Below are positions 25,397-38,026 of a stretch of 64,000 bases of DNA, piece by piece. Positions within the stretch are counted from its first letter, which is position 1. Every line of letters starts with the position of its first letter. Below the pieces are notes generated by a model. That model made no database searches and was not told where the DNA came from. It saw only the letters and a program-made list of their open reading frames with translations. The DNA comes from Curvularia clavata (taxonomy: Eukaryota): contig CP089278.1 in the NCBI GenBank assembly GCA_023920165.1, positions 744,001-808,000 on the forward strand. The letters are read 5' to 3'. The position numbers were made by a program, and so were the translations under genes.

Positions 25397-26871
25397 CTAC
25401 GCACGAGACATATTCTCGCCCTCCTCCGCCTTCTGCAGACCGTACTTCTTGAGACTATTACTCCGTTAGTACCTTGAATCTAAAGGCAATTAGAAAAGCA
25501 AACTTACCGAATACTCTGAATCGCAATAAAGCCAGTCGTGTCCATTGGGCTAAAGTTATCCAAGGTATCCATCGACGCCTCCTCCTCAGAGTACAGCTTC
25601 TCCGTCTTGCTGGAGCGACCCAGCACATAGGCATTGCCCTTGTACAGCTTCATCCTGACCTCACCATTGACCCTGCGCTGCGAAAAGAGCAGACTGTTCT
25701 CGATGAACTCGCGCTCGGGCGAGAAGTACATGCCGTTGTAGAGCTGGTAGCTCCAGTTGTGAGTGACGAACTGGTCGCGGAGGTTGCGGACCTGGGCGTC
25801 CATGACGAGACCCTCGAGGTCGAGATGGGCAAGGCGGAGGATGGTCATGGCGGGGGAGTCGTAGCAGCCGCGGGACTTGAGGCCGATGAAGCGGTTCTCG
25901 ACAATGTCGATACGGCCGATGCCGTGGGTGAAGCCGAGCTTGTTGAGCGCAACGAAGAGCTCGACCGAGTCGGTGTAGGTCTTTTCGGGGGTTACGACCT
26001 TGACGGGGATACCCTTCTCGAAGTAGACGGTGATGTCGGTGGGCTCATTGGGGGCGTTCAGAGGCGAGTCGGTCATGGTCCACATGTCATCTGGGGGAGA
26101 AACGTCGGGGTCCTCGAGGATACCTGCGCTTGTTAGTCAAGTCCGAGCGAGCGGGAAAACTCGTAGTCTTACCAGCCTCGTAACTGCAGTGTGCCAGGTT
26201 GGCGTCCATGCTCCATGGCTTGGCCTTTGTGGATGTGACGGGGATGCCATGCTTCTCAGCATAGTCTAGCAGATCCTGCCTGCCCTTGAAGCGGTCGCAG
26301 AACTCTGGCATCCTCCATGGCGCAATGACCTTGATGGAGGGCTGTAGTGTGTAGAAAGCCAGCTCGAAGCGGACTTGGTCGTTACCCTTGCCTGTGCAGC
26401 CGTGCGAGACGAAACCGCAGCCTTCTTGTTGTGCGACACGGATCTGAGCGCGGGCGATGACTGGACGAGCCAGCGAGGTTCCGAGAAGGTAGCGACCCTC
26501 GTAGGAAGCATTGCACTGAACAGCGCGGAAGCAGAGCTCCTCGACGAACTCCTTTTGCAGGTCGAGGATGACCATCTTCAGCGCACCAATCTTGAGCGCC
26601 TTCTTCTCCACCTCGTCCCATGGCTCGTCCTGGCCAACGTTGGCGAGGAAGCAGACAACCTCGTATCCCTCCTCTTCACTGGTATGTTAGCTCAAGCTAA
26701 GAGTGGGAATGCTGTCCTGGCGTACCAATGAGCCATTTGAGGATTGTGGAGGTGTCGAGACCACCTAGTGACTCAAGTTAGTCCATGTGTTCCGTAGTGT
26801 TGGCATTGCTGCGAAGAAGTCTGTAAAGAAAACATACCAGAGTATGCTAGACAGACGCGTCCCTTTGACAT
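25397..26871 (-). CDS. ARG1: Argininosuccinate synthase (multi-exon)
   Basis: [90 protein letters not shown]; last exon [18 protein letters not shown]. Confidence 0.97.
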
Positions 26872-26966
26872 TTTTGCTGTTTTTGAGGGGTATCAAGTGA
26901 AGTAGAGGAGTCAATGGCAGCAGAAGAGTCAATGGTAGAATATAAGTTTACGGAAATGCGGAGTCA
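26769..26966 (-). promoter_or_regulatory. Cluster of Gcn4/CpcA-type elements (TGACTC) around the ARG1 start
   Basis: GAGTCA (=TGACTC on the gene strand) at 26908, 26926 and 26961, plus TGACTCA at 26769-26775 in intron 1. ARG1 is an established cross-pathway-control target. Confidence 0.55.
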
Positions 26967-27326
26967 TTGCTATCTTATCGGCCATAAAAAAGTTCGGTGC
27001 TCAACATCCTTGCAAGCCGATCTTCGGTGGGCGGATGACTAGCCCTACCATAGGTGAACACGCGAATCGGGTGCAGTGCCAAGTCACCAAACCATCACAG
27101 CTTTCGAGTACAGAGCCAATATTGTGTCGTAGAACAGTCATCGCATTGTATTCAAAGTGGTATATGTAACGTAACAGGCACACTTTTCCCCGGCGCCATG
27201 CATGCAATGCTTCCCAAAAAGCGTCGCGGGCCAAATATCAACAAGATAGGAAGAATGATAGTCGATCGCTAGCAAACACAGCGCAGAAAACACATGGATT
27301 ATCTGAACATGCGCTTACGACAACAC

Positions 27327-30300
27327 CTAAAAAGCACCACCAGCTACTCTCTCCCGCTCGTAAAATACGATATATGCCTTCTCATTCTGCAACCGATTGT
27401 TGGGCGGAAGGTTGCCAGGGTCAAAGTCTTGAATCTTGTCGTCGTTGAAAGATCGCCAGCATCCTCGTGATTTGTCCTTGACGAAAGCAATGTAGTGGCC
27501 ACTGCCAAGAGTGGCGCCAATATGCCAAATGACAGCATACGCGTTGTAAACATACGGCCCGTTCATTGTGGGGTCGGCCTTGACTCCAGCTAACTGCGCG
27601 GGTCCGTCCCGAGCTTTTTGCGCAACATAGGCCTCTTGCTCGGGCGTCATCGGCGGTTCGACGAACGGCCCTATATCCAGCCTCTGGAGCGGGAAGTGAA
27701 TTGGCGTGCGCACTTTGCGCGCAGTCTCTGTACGAGAAGCACTGAACCGCTTGAAATGGATTACAAGAGTGTCTGGTGCTCGAGTAATAGTAATCTTCTT
27801 TACCGCCTCGCGGTCCTTTTTGCAGCGTGGGCACCGCCATAATTCATCTCCCGCCAGCCGTTCTGGCGCGCAGTATGACTCTAAGCATTGGCGGAGATCG
27901 CACTGACCCTCCCGAGGTATCTCCACACTAATGCTCCAAAATGCCTCGTACGTTGTACTGGTTACGCCGCATGTTTGACATGTGAGCTGCGACGCGTGCT
28001 GCCCAGCGAATAGACCGCCAATGACGGACATGTCGCGATGCTGATAACGCCGCCATTCAATCATGGCTGAGTATTGTCGCGGAAAGCGCTCGCGAGTTAG
28101 CTCTTCTTGATCTGTGAGTGGCTTCAATGGCGGCTTATTCCACGTTAGATTTAGGTCTTCGTGCATGTAATCCAGGACAAACTCGAGAAATTCCTTAGCG
28201 TCTTGCTGCTCGTCGATGCCCCATTGCGAGTTGAAATGACCGCATATACGCTGTACTCAGTTAGTCGTTGCCCGTGAAGATTGATATCTGTTGAAACATA
28301 CTCTAAAGGTACTAGGGCGTACCGACGACACATCGCCCTTGTACAGGTTCGAGAGCAACGTCGCGTACGCCTCGGGAAGGATACCTTTTGTACCTTTCCA
28401 ATTATCTCGTTGTAAGTCGCGCTGGTAACGCCCTGTCAGGAACAAGTCTGAGAGTATCAAATGTCCGCTTAGGCACTGAACCACCGAGTTCATGTAACAC
28501 GTGACTCCAAAGTTCAGAAGTCCGGTCCTATGCAGTCTAAGATTGCTAAACTGCGGTTGAGAGTTGTAGACATTGTTGCGGGTTGGTTGCACGTCTCGAC
28601 GCTCGTGAACACCACTGTAGCTAACCCTAGGCACTGACGGTGGCGGTCGGGAGGGCGCAACGGGTATGGCAGGTGCCACGTACTGGTTGATAGACTGGGA
28701 TTTTGGCGGGTACATCATCGATTGCTCGGCCTCGACGTCGGGATATCGGCGCAAAAACTCCTCGGTGGAACGATAAAAGGGTGAATTGGGTTCTTCCTCT
28801 TCTTCCCCCTCTGTTGGAGGCACCTCAACAGCAGTCCGTCCTTTGCGAGCTTCTTCTAACCATTTTTGTTCTTCTTCCTGGTCCATCGGGACGTATTCAC
28901 GTCGCGATCGTCTTTGCAGATTGTTCCTGGCGATATGACCAGCAGCTGGAGACCGTCGAACAGCGCGAGCCCTCGTAGGACCTGCGGCGACCAATGCGGC
29001 AGTTGTCGACATCTTCAACGCCTGCGGACCCACCAGGTCTATCCAGGCCTCGAGGCCGCCTTTCAGAAGAACTGGCGGACGTTTAAGTGGCTTCTCGGCA
29101 TTGAACTCATGGAGTGTATCGAAGAGCCGCTTCAGTGCGGTTTCCTGTTCGGAGCGATTGGGCTTATGCATGAAATCAGTATTCTTAGTTGAGTCGTCAT
29201 AATAAACGACGACATCAAAGTCATTCCGCCGGTCGAACATGGCCTGCTCCTCGTCTGGTGATATGACAAGCCGGTCCAACAACTGCTCCGCCGAGTCACC
29301 ATCACGTAATGTCAGAGGTTCTATACACATGATGTTTCGCACGTAGACATGGCCCGTGTCGAAATCAGTCCTGTCCCGCACATCAATAGTGAGGACATTA
29401 TACATGCGGTAGTAGTCGTATAACATGCTGGCGTCGATTTCCAGTTCCACTGACTTGCTGACAGACCGCGTTCTTTCAGGGATATTGCGCTGCGCCGGGA
29501 AATACGAGTCTGACACACCATTTGCATTGGGAGCGTAGTTTGACGCGCTCGAGGCAGCCAGTGAGTTGCTACGGCCTCCGGTGCCGTTCATACTTCTCGG
29601 AGTGCTTCGAGGTGGATTGATGCTTGAGGGTCCTGAGATGTTACGTGCGGGACTGTAGGTGGGACTTGGTTCTTTAGGCAGTGAGGCGGCGAACTGTGTA
29701 TCGAGCGGCAGTTTGGGTGGCGGTGGGGGCAGAGATGAAGGCTGCATGGGCATACCGCGGGGGCCCATGGGCCTACCTGTAGAGGTGTAGTCTGCTGGAG
29801 AGGGCATCTTGACAGACAGGTCAGGGCTGGAGCGGGCAGATGATGTATCGATTGGAGACCCTCGTAGGTTAGCGAAACGTTGAGCGAGGTCGTTTATGCC
29901 ATTCACCGACGCCGCACTTTGATGAACAGCGCGCCCATGCAGCGATTGTGGCTTTGGGTGCACGATTGGTTTTCTTCGATACGAATCTAGAGACGGAGAG
30001 GGTGAAGCGCGACCGTTTGGCATACTTGTGGGTACATCAGGTAGCATGAGTTCGTCGTCTCTCCTGGCGAGGGCGGAACCATTGCGGGAGTCTGGGTTGG
30101 TCGCTGCGGGCACGGACGCAGTCCTATGATGGGCGCCGTTGCGCTTGTTGTCGTTCTTGATAATGTCCTTTATACGCATGAATCTTTCCTCGCTCGACTT
30201 GATGTCTCTCATGAGTTCGTTGAAATCGCGGTGAGCCTGGCTACGGCTGCCATTGATCTTGTCGTAGTATTCACGGTGCGAGGGAATCAAGTCGACGACA

Positions 30301-30602
30301 ATCTGGTATGCGACCATGTACTCCCAATATGCACCGGCAGGGACACGGTTGTTGAGCATGTTCTTGGCAGAGTTGAAGTGTGCGCGCGCCCGTTCTAGCA
30401 AATTGCGGATCTAGCCATGGTCAGCAACGACATACAGCGGAAGCGTCGACAAGAGTACCGTATGGTGTCTGAGTGACTCTGCCGTGTCTGTCGCAGAGGC
30501 AATAATCTCTGCAATGGGCGGGTAGGGAGCACCAGGCCCCCGCGAGTCACTGGAGCCATCGCCATTCCTTGGTGTGTCTGCGCCGTTTGTGTAGCCGTTC
30601 AT
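27327..30602 (-). CDS. DOA4: Ubiquitin-specific protease, Doa4/USP8 type (N-terminal dimerisation, rhodanese and C19 catalytic domains)
   Basis: Rhodanese IDVRDRTDFDTGHV..LKGGLEAW; Cys box GLLNFGVTCYMNSVVQCL; QQQDAKEF; His box GSGHYIAFV..FNDD..AYIVFY. Confidence 0.9.
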
Positions 30603-31199
30603 GGTGTTGACAGGCGGATGGGATGAGGACGGCCAAGGAGCAGCCGCACTCGAAGGAAGCACTTTAGACGTTGGGCACTCGCATGTTCGAGAGACCCCAA
30701 ACTGAGGCCGCACCTGCTTGGGTATCGATGGGCCGTCCTGGCAACGATGACGGGGAAGCGGGGCGGTGCCGGGGCGGAGCGCGTGGACCTGTCGGGGCGG
30801 AGACTACTGGTGAGCAACGGGGGACTGCTTCTACGGATACGGCCTGTATGTACGCGGAGAAGCAATGAATAGGGTGAAGGGCGTGGGCGTGGGCGAAGGC
30901 GAGAGGACGGGCGTAGAACAGGATGTTGTACTGTTTGGGGCTTGTCCCGGCTGCAGGCATATGATTATGGATGCGGCTCGTTGGTCTCCGCCACAGGGCG
31001 TCATCAGCCAAGACACAGGCTCCAGACTCGCAGCTTGCTACCTAACCACCACCACTACACTCGCCGCGCCACACCCCGCCCACGCTCAATCTGCTCTGCA
31101 TAGCGGCCGGTGCATTTGCATCTTCCATCCAGCTGCTGCACGACACCTAAACAAAGCGAACCATATACCAGCTAGCAACGCAACAGCTTCACCATCATC

Positions 31200-33680
31200 A
31201 TGGCGGGCTGGTTCGGGTCCTCAACCAACAGCGCGCTCGACGAGCAGATTGAGCGCGCAACTTCTTCGAGCTTGTTGGTCTTAGCCTATAGCTACTCTTG
31301 TCTTTGAAACCCCCGCTAACACAAGATAGAGAGGATATGCCGCTCAATCTCGAGATATCCGACGTGATTCGATCCAAGACGGTGCAGCCTAAAGATGCTA
31401 TGCGCTCACTGAAGAAGAGGATAGGCAACAAGAACCCCAACGTCCAGCTTGCTGCCCTAAACGTACAGTGAAACTGGTCCACCAGGCAACTCGTGTTTGC
31501 TAACCCTCCTCGAGCTTACAGATACCTGTGTGAAGAACGGCGGCGCTCATTTCATCCAAGAGATAGCGTCGCGCGAGTTTCTCGACAATATGACCTCGCT
31601 CTTGAAGGCGCCACCGTCTGTCGCTCCCAACTACGATGTCAAGAACAAGATGCTCGAACTGATCCAGTCCTGGGCGACGGCTGCAGAAGGGCGCACAAAC
31701 CTGGGCTACATCAACGAGGTGTACCAGAGCTTACAGCGCGAGGGCTATCACTTTCCTCCAAAGGAGCACATTTCTGGTAGTATGCTCGATAGTAGCGCGG
31801 TAAGTTCCTCTTGTCATGCCAACCCATTACACAAACGCTGACCTGCCTTGTTTATTGCAGCCTCCGGAGTGGACAGATTCTGATGTCTGTATGCGATGCC
31901 GCACCCCCTTCACATTCACCAACCGGAAGCACCACTGCCGAAACTGCGGAAACGTATTCTGTGGCGCCTGCTCCAGCAAGAACATTCCACTACCCCACCT
32001 CGGCATCACGGACCCTGTGCGCGTCGACGATGGCTGCCATGCAAAGCTCACGGAAAAGTCGCGAGGGGGGAATTTGCCAAGGGTGTTTGATGCCCACAGG
32101 CCTCAGAAGACATTATACCAGGGATCAATGGAGCCGCGGAATGCGCGTGTAGAGGACAGTTTCGATGCAGACCTCAAGCGGGCTCTTGAGATGAGCTTGG
32201 ACGAGGCCAAAGGGAACAGCTCGGCTGGCTTCGTGTCCCAATCGCAACTGCAGTCACAGTCCAAGTCTTCCAATGGAACTACCAAGAAGCAGCCGGAGGA
32301 GGAGGAAGATGCCGACTTGGCTGCTGCTATTGCGGCTTCTCTAGCTGATATGGAAGAACAGAAGAGGAAATACTCGACGACCTTCCGGGAGCAAGCCTCT
32401 AATGCTGATGCATCGACACCTTTTGTCGCGCCCAAGAATGACTACGAATTGACGCCCGTCGAAGCCGAGAATATCAATCTGTTCTCTACACTCGTGGACC
32501 GTTTGCAGCATCAACCCCCTGGCACAATACTCCGTGAGCCGCAGATACAGGAACTTTACGAAAGCATTGGAAAGCTGAGGCCAAAACTTGCGCGCACCTA
32601 CGGTGAGACTATGAGCAAGCATGGTAATTACAATTCAAATCATCACTAAAGCATACGCTAACCAATACAGATACCCTTCTGGATTTACACGCAAAACTGT
32701 CTACAGTTGTCCGATATTACGATCGCATGCTCGAGGAGAGACTGTCGAGCACATATAACCAGGCCAATACTATGTATGGGCTGCCTCCATCCGCACAACG
32801 ACCTGCATCAAATCTCTACCCTAGTATCCAATCAGGCGCGCCGGACAGTACTGGTGAGAACTATTATACTGGAAATGCACCTCCTTCGAACGCGTACGGA
32901 CAACCTCAATCACAGTATGGTGGAGGCTACCAGTCTCAGCAACAACCCTACCCTCAGTACGACAAGCGGCCAACATCCTATGCTGCTCCTCAAGAGCAAT
33001 TCCAGCAACCAGCACAGCCATACCCCAACTTAGCCCAACGGCCATCCAGCACCCCTTACCAGCATCCTTCGTCACCGCAGCTCCAACGTCAGATGTCGAA
33101 TCAGCAATATCCTGCGCAAGCACCACCATCATCAGTGTCAGACGCGGAAAGCGCCAGCTACTACTATGGAGACAGTAACGCGGCACAATCCTCGCAGCCA
33201 CCTATGCAGAGAACGCAAAGCTACAGTTCTCAACCTTCACAACAACAGCAACCGCCTTCTCCACAAGCATACGCTCGGGCGCCACCACAGCAGACGCCCA
33301 TTTCACCGCCACAACAGCCTGCTACCGCGTGGCAAAACCCGCCATACCCTCAGCAAGATCAGCCTCCAAATTGGCAGCAGAATCAAAACCAAGCTCCGCC
33401 GCAGCAGGCCCCGGCACAGCAAGCACCTCCTCAACAGCAACAAGCTCAGACTACACAACAACCGCCACAGCAACAACCTCAGCAGCAACCATACTGGCAA
33501 CAGCAGCAGCAACCTCCGCAACAACATCAGGCACCCCCACAGCAACAACAAGCACCTGGCTGGCAGCCAGCACCGTACGCTACTGGCGGTTATGGACCCG
33601 AGAGTTTCCCATCAGCGCCCCAGAATCAGCTTCCAGCCCAGCAAGCCAAGGTAGCTGATGAGCCGCTGATTGACTTGTAA
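31200..33680 (+). CDS. VPS27: ESCRT-0 subunit Vps27/Hrs (VHS, FYVE, two UIMs, GAT, P/Q-rich tail)
   Basis: [27 protein letters not shown] (VHS); [25 protein letters not shown] (FYVE); [12 protein letters not shown] and [12 protein letters not shown] (UIMs); terminal clathrin-box-like LIDL. Confidence 0.95.
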
Positions 33681-34902
33681 ATAGAGATGATGTCGATGAT
33701 AGTGGTAGTGTTAGTAGCTCAGTGGTGGTAGATGGAGAGGTCAGCTAATGGACGACCCAGCTGCTTATTTTAATGTGAAAAAGCTTAGAGACTGCAATGT
33801 GGCGTTTTGCGCTGATTTGTTCGTCATTTCGCTTTGAGTCTATTGCTGTGGGCGTGATTTGACGTAGCCGCTGTTTATGAAGACGGCATGGTGCAGTAGT
33901 GCATAGGGACTAGTTGCGTTGCTAAGATATTAGTTGATCGCGAAATAAACAATGTAACATCCCTCACTGCTGGTCGAGAAATAAGCAAGGCACGTACCTA
34001 AAGCAGTTCAAATCTCTGATCACACGTCTTAATACTGTGTAAGTGCTCTAAGGCTTCGCACTTGAAATAATTTTACACACTTTGAAATGCTTCTAGCCAA
34101 AAATTACGCACAGATTATAGCGTTCTTGTCTATCTTGCTAAAAGACTCTTTTCGTGCTAAAAACAAGAAATCCACCCTATAAGGCTTACCATAAGCTCTG
34201 CCTTATTTCGAACTTATAAGTAATAGGATCTGAGCAGTAGAATGATATTTCGGTAGCAGAAAGCAATCAGAAGTTCCGTGGCTACTAATGCATGCGGATT
34301 CACGCAAGCCCGGCACCCTGGTGGGTACTTTCGACCGAAGCAACCTACAGATTTGGCTAGTACAAGATCTGAATAGGCTCGACTTGACAAAGCACATGTA
34401 ATGTACTTTTATCAGTAGACAAGTGAGGCTTATACTCTTATAGGATTGTGTAGCACTCTTCTAGATGTGTCTATAAATAGTCACGTACTGACTAATTAGA
34501 TTTGTGTGAGAGGTTTGTCAGTTGCAGCAAGAACCTCAGAATAGTATTCAAACAAATCCTTGAATCTCTTCCCAAGGATCAGATGGGAGCTTTTATGCTA
34601 TGCAGATCCTCAGCCTTACTGGCCCGAGAGATACCTGAGGGGGGACCAAAGGTTGTCCTTTGGATCCCCTATCCACGTTCCATGACAATTCGGCTGCTTA
34701 GCTGTGTGTTGTTGCTTGTCTCTTGTGCGTTTTCCGTTGCCACATTTATGGTCATTGAACGCCATGTTATCAGCGTGACAAGAAGTGCAAGAAGAATCTT
34801 GAGTTTGCTCTTGTGATATAAATACTTGCTGCTCCTCAGCCATCTCTATGAAATACAGATTAGAAAAGAAATGACTATATGACAAGATAAAGAGAGCATG
34901 TA

Positions 34903-37900
34903 CTAGACTTGTGTATGAAATTTTAGGAACGTAGTACGACCTGAGGAATGCCCTAAAAAGACTGCGCTTCTGTGAACTGCAACGCAAGTGGGCCGATATT
35001 CAGAAGGAAGCCATAGCATCCGCTGTTGGTGTGAAGAAATCCACTCGTCTTGCACAAAGATCGGGGACAGCTGCGCTCTTTGGGACAGCGGCAATGGCGT
35101 AGTAGGAGAGTGGAAGCAAATATCGCCGCAGTTTGTTTGGATATACTGGCCATCTGGTGAAAAGGCGATGGTGTCGACGTTGTCAGTATAGCTGTTGAGT
35201 ACACTTCGGCATAACCCTGTCGCTATGTCCCACACCCGTACTGTACTATCCCAAGAAGCAGATGCGACCAGCTGGCCGTCTGGCGAGAAGGCGACGGCTT
35301 TGACGCTACTAGTATGGCCCTTAAGCATATCACGACATAACCCTGTTGCTATATCCCACACCCGCACTATACTATCCCAAGAAGCAGATGCGACCAGCTG
35401 GCTGTCTGGCGAGAAGACGACAGCGTTAACGTCGTCAGTATGGCCTTCAAGCACACTGCAGCATGAACTTGTCGCTATGTCCCACACCCGTACTGTCATG
35501 TCGTCTGAAGTGGACACGACTAGCTGGCCATTAGGCGAGAAGGCGATAGCGTTAACTTCTTCAGTATGGCCATCGAGCACACTGCGGCACGACCCCGTTG
35601 CTATATCCCACACCCGCACCGTGTTGTCCCAAGAGGCGGATGCGAGCAGCAGGCCATTAGGTGAGAAGGCGACAGCTTTGACGAGGCTCGTATGGCCCTC
35701 GAGCACGCTGCGGCACGCATCCCAATCCTCGTCTCTTTTCGACAACGACTCAATCCACTCTGGTATTTCGTGCACGAAAGCTTTTCGAACTATACTTGCT
35801 TCTGGGGCAAATATAAGCGCTGAAGAATATATTTGTAAAGGTGCGTCATGGAGTATATGTCGAAATCGAAGAGTAAATCGTTGAGCGTCATGGAGAAATG
35901 CAGAAAGCGCATTATTTGATGTCTATATTGCTTGTTAGGGTAATACAGTGTTAGAAAAATAAGTAAAAGCCATACCTTGACCAGCGCAGAAAGAGTCTCT
36001 AGCAAGTAAATACATTTGTTTGTCTCTCCGATTAGACTCATTGCTTCGAGCCAGTGAAGGAAATGTTTCCGAAGGAACGTATCTGCAGCACCTTTATCTT
36101 CAACAAGATTCTGGCTCTGCTTGAGATGATACACCCAGTAACGGCAAGCGTACTGCAGTTCAGGCGACAGATTACTTGTAATATTCCCTTCATCAAACTC
36201 GCTTCTCAAAGTCCCCGGCTGTAAGTCTGCCATGTTCTGTCGTAGCCCGTTAGGGCCTGACATAAGTTGAAGGCAATGAGACGCTAAGCTCTCATGTCTC
36301 GCTCTCTCATCTATCCAGAACGGGCTCTTCTCCTTCGATACGTCAACGAGAAATTCGCGGAATGACAGGTGTAGGAGCCGCACAGGCATGTCATCGCGGT
36401 CTGGTATGTTTAGAACAGAGTGTAAGGAGTCCAGGTGGCAACAGACGTCGTCTTTGGATATACCAAGAAGGCGAGCAAGCGACGTAGTAGAAAGCGGAGT
36501 CTCAAGAACCACTATGCTGCCCACAATATCCCGAAACTCATCTGCCCACCTTTCTCTATCTTCCTCGTCCTCTTCGTCGAGTAGCTGATTGAGGATAGGG
36601 AGATACGTTGCGTCGAGTTTTGAGACTTTCGCCTTCCGGTACTCCAAGACAATCTCAAGACGCTTTTTAGGATTACCGCGTCGGTCGCCTATGTATCGAC
36701 ACGCGGTAGCAGCGAAGATGAACAGTGGAATTGCTTGATCTACTAGCGCCTCAACTTGATCTCGTCTTGGCCAACCTGGGGGCAGCGATCGTTCTTCCCG
36801 TACTCGTTCAAGTTCATGCTCAAAATAGACGTGGATGTCGTGCTGAATCGTTTGTTTTGCAACCTCGTGGAGGATGAGATCTTCGAATGTGCCGTTAGGC
36901 AATTGTTTGAATCCCAGGCGGATAGGTAATTCTGGTCGGCTTGTTACGAAAACCCGCAACGATACTGATTTGAGATCTCTCGTCTGCGAAAGGAGCTGAA
37001 GGATCACCCGTATGTCATTGTCTAGATCACATTCATCCAACGCGTCTATTACGACGAGCAGTACTAAGGCTTCCGGATGTGTCATATCCAAGAGTGGATG
37101 GAGGATCAGCTTCTCAAATTGATCCTTTAGAGACTTCTCTGATATGGCTGGATCCACTTTAATCGCATTCTTGATTCCAGGTCCTAAACCCGATACACGA
37201 TGAGCCAGCTGTGAAGCAATGGTCGTGAAGAAACGAGTGGCGTTCCCGCGCTCCGCCTCACCTCTCTTGAAGAAGAAGCTAGCTCCTAATTGTTGTTTTT
37301 CGGAGAAGGACCGGGCGACTGTACGAGCAATGGTGGACTTCCCCGTTCCTGCCGCGCCATTTAACCAAAATATTAGTTTGCCGTTTTTGTCGTTTGACCA
37401 ATCGTGAATGTAACGCAGCAACTCAGTACGGGTGTTGGGGAGGCATGTCGAGTTGTGTTCTTCTACGTGCGAGTCGAAGGAAGCGCCTTTGGCGGTAGGT
37501 AATAACAGCGTGTCAGTCTTCTGGTCAATACCAAGAACAAGGGACCTAGAATGTCTTTTATCAGCCTTTGTATGCCTCTTAGAGCACACAATACTTACGT
37601 CTGATCAACTTGAAGCGCATGGTTGAAAGTATTCCCGTAACTCTCAAGGTGTTGAATCACCTTCTCTACCTCCTTGCTTGTGAAAGGCCATTTCAAAGCT
37701 CGAAAACCGAGTTTTCTCATTGCTTTTCGGTGTCCACTGGGCTCGAGATTGGCCTTGAGTCTACCCTCAAGGTCTTGCAACTGCTGCTGACATTCCTTGA
37801 GTGACTCTAGTAACCTGTGTGTAGAGGGAAGCTGCGATCCTTGCTTATCTACAAGCTGTTGAAGATCCTCAAGGATGCTTTTGATATTGGTCACTTTTTG

Positions 37901-38026
37901 TTGGAGGCGTCCGATGTCACTCTTTGCATCCTTCGCAGCGACTGAGTACTGGAAGCAGAGCGACGCGACTTTGGCGGATATATCGATGACGGCTATCACG
38001 CTTGCCGCTCCGGAAAGGCCATCCAT
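34903..38026 (-). CDS. Fungal NLR (STAND): HeLo-like N-terminal domain - NACHT - WD40 repeats (HET-E/HNWD-like), 3 exons
   Basis: N-terminus MDGLSGAASVIAVIDI..LKWPF; CLPNTR, Walker A GAAGTGKS, ASFFF, Walker B VVIDALDEC, VTSRP, LLHLSFREFL, YACRYW; the spliced frame continues through APLQIYSSALIFAP into GHT..VAFSP..WD repeats. Confidence 0.93.
35152..35712 (-). repeat. Tandem 126-bp WD40-encoding repeats with high internal conservation (4 full + 1 partial)
   Basis: GHT/SYT codons recur at ~35691, 35565, 35439, 35313 and 35187 (126-bp spacing); near-identical DNA blocks such as TCCCACACCCG and GAGAAGGCGA. Confidence 0.9.

Noticed and set aside
25474..26136. 220-aa plus-strand ORF over ARG1
   Set aside because: Antisense shadow caused by the strong codon bias of a highly expressed gene.
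34616..34843. Small ORF (MAEEQQVFISQ...) just downstream of the NLR as a possible amyloid-signalling or effector partner
   Set aside because: No recognisable HET-s/PP/sigma-type motif or effector domain, and the NLR already has its own N-terminal effector domain.
35152..35712. Regularly spaced repeats as a CRISPR-like array
   Set aside because: They are in-frame 126-bp WD40 coding units in a eukaryotic gene, with no unique spacers.
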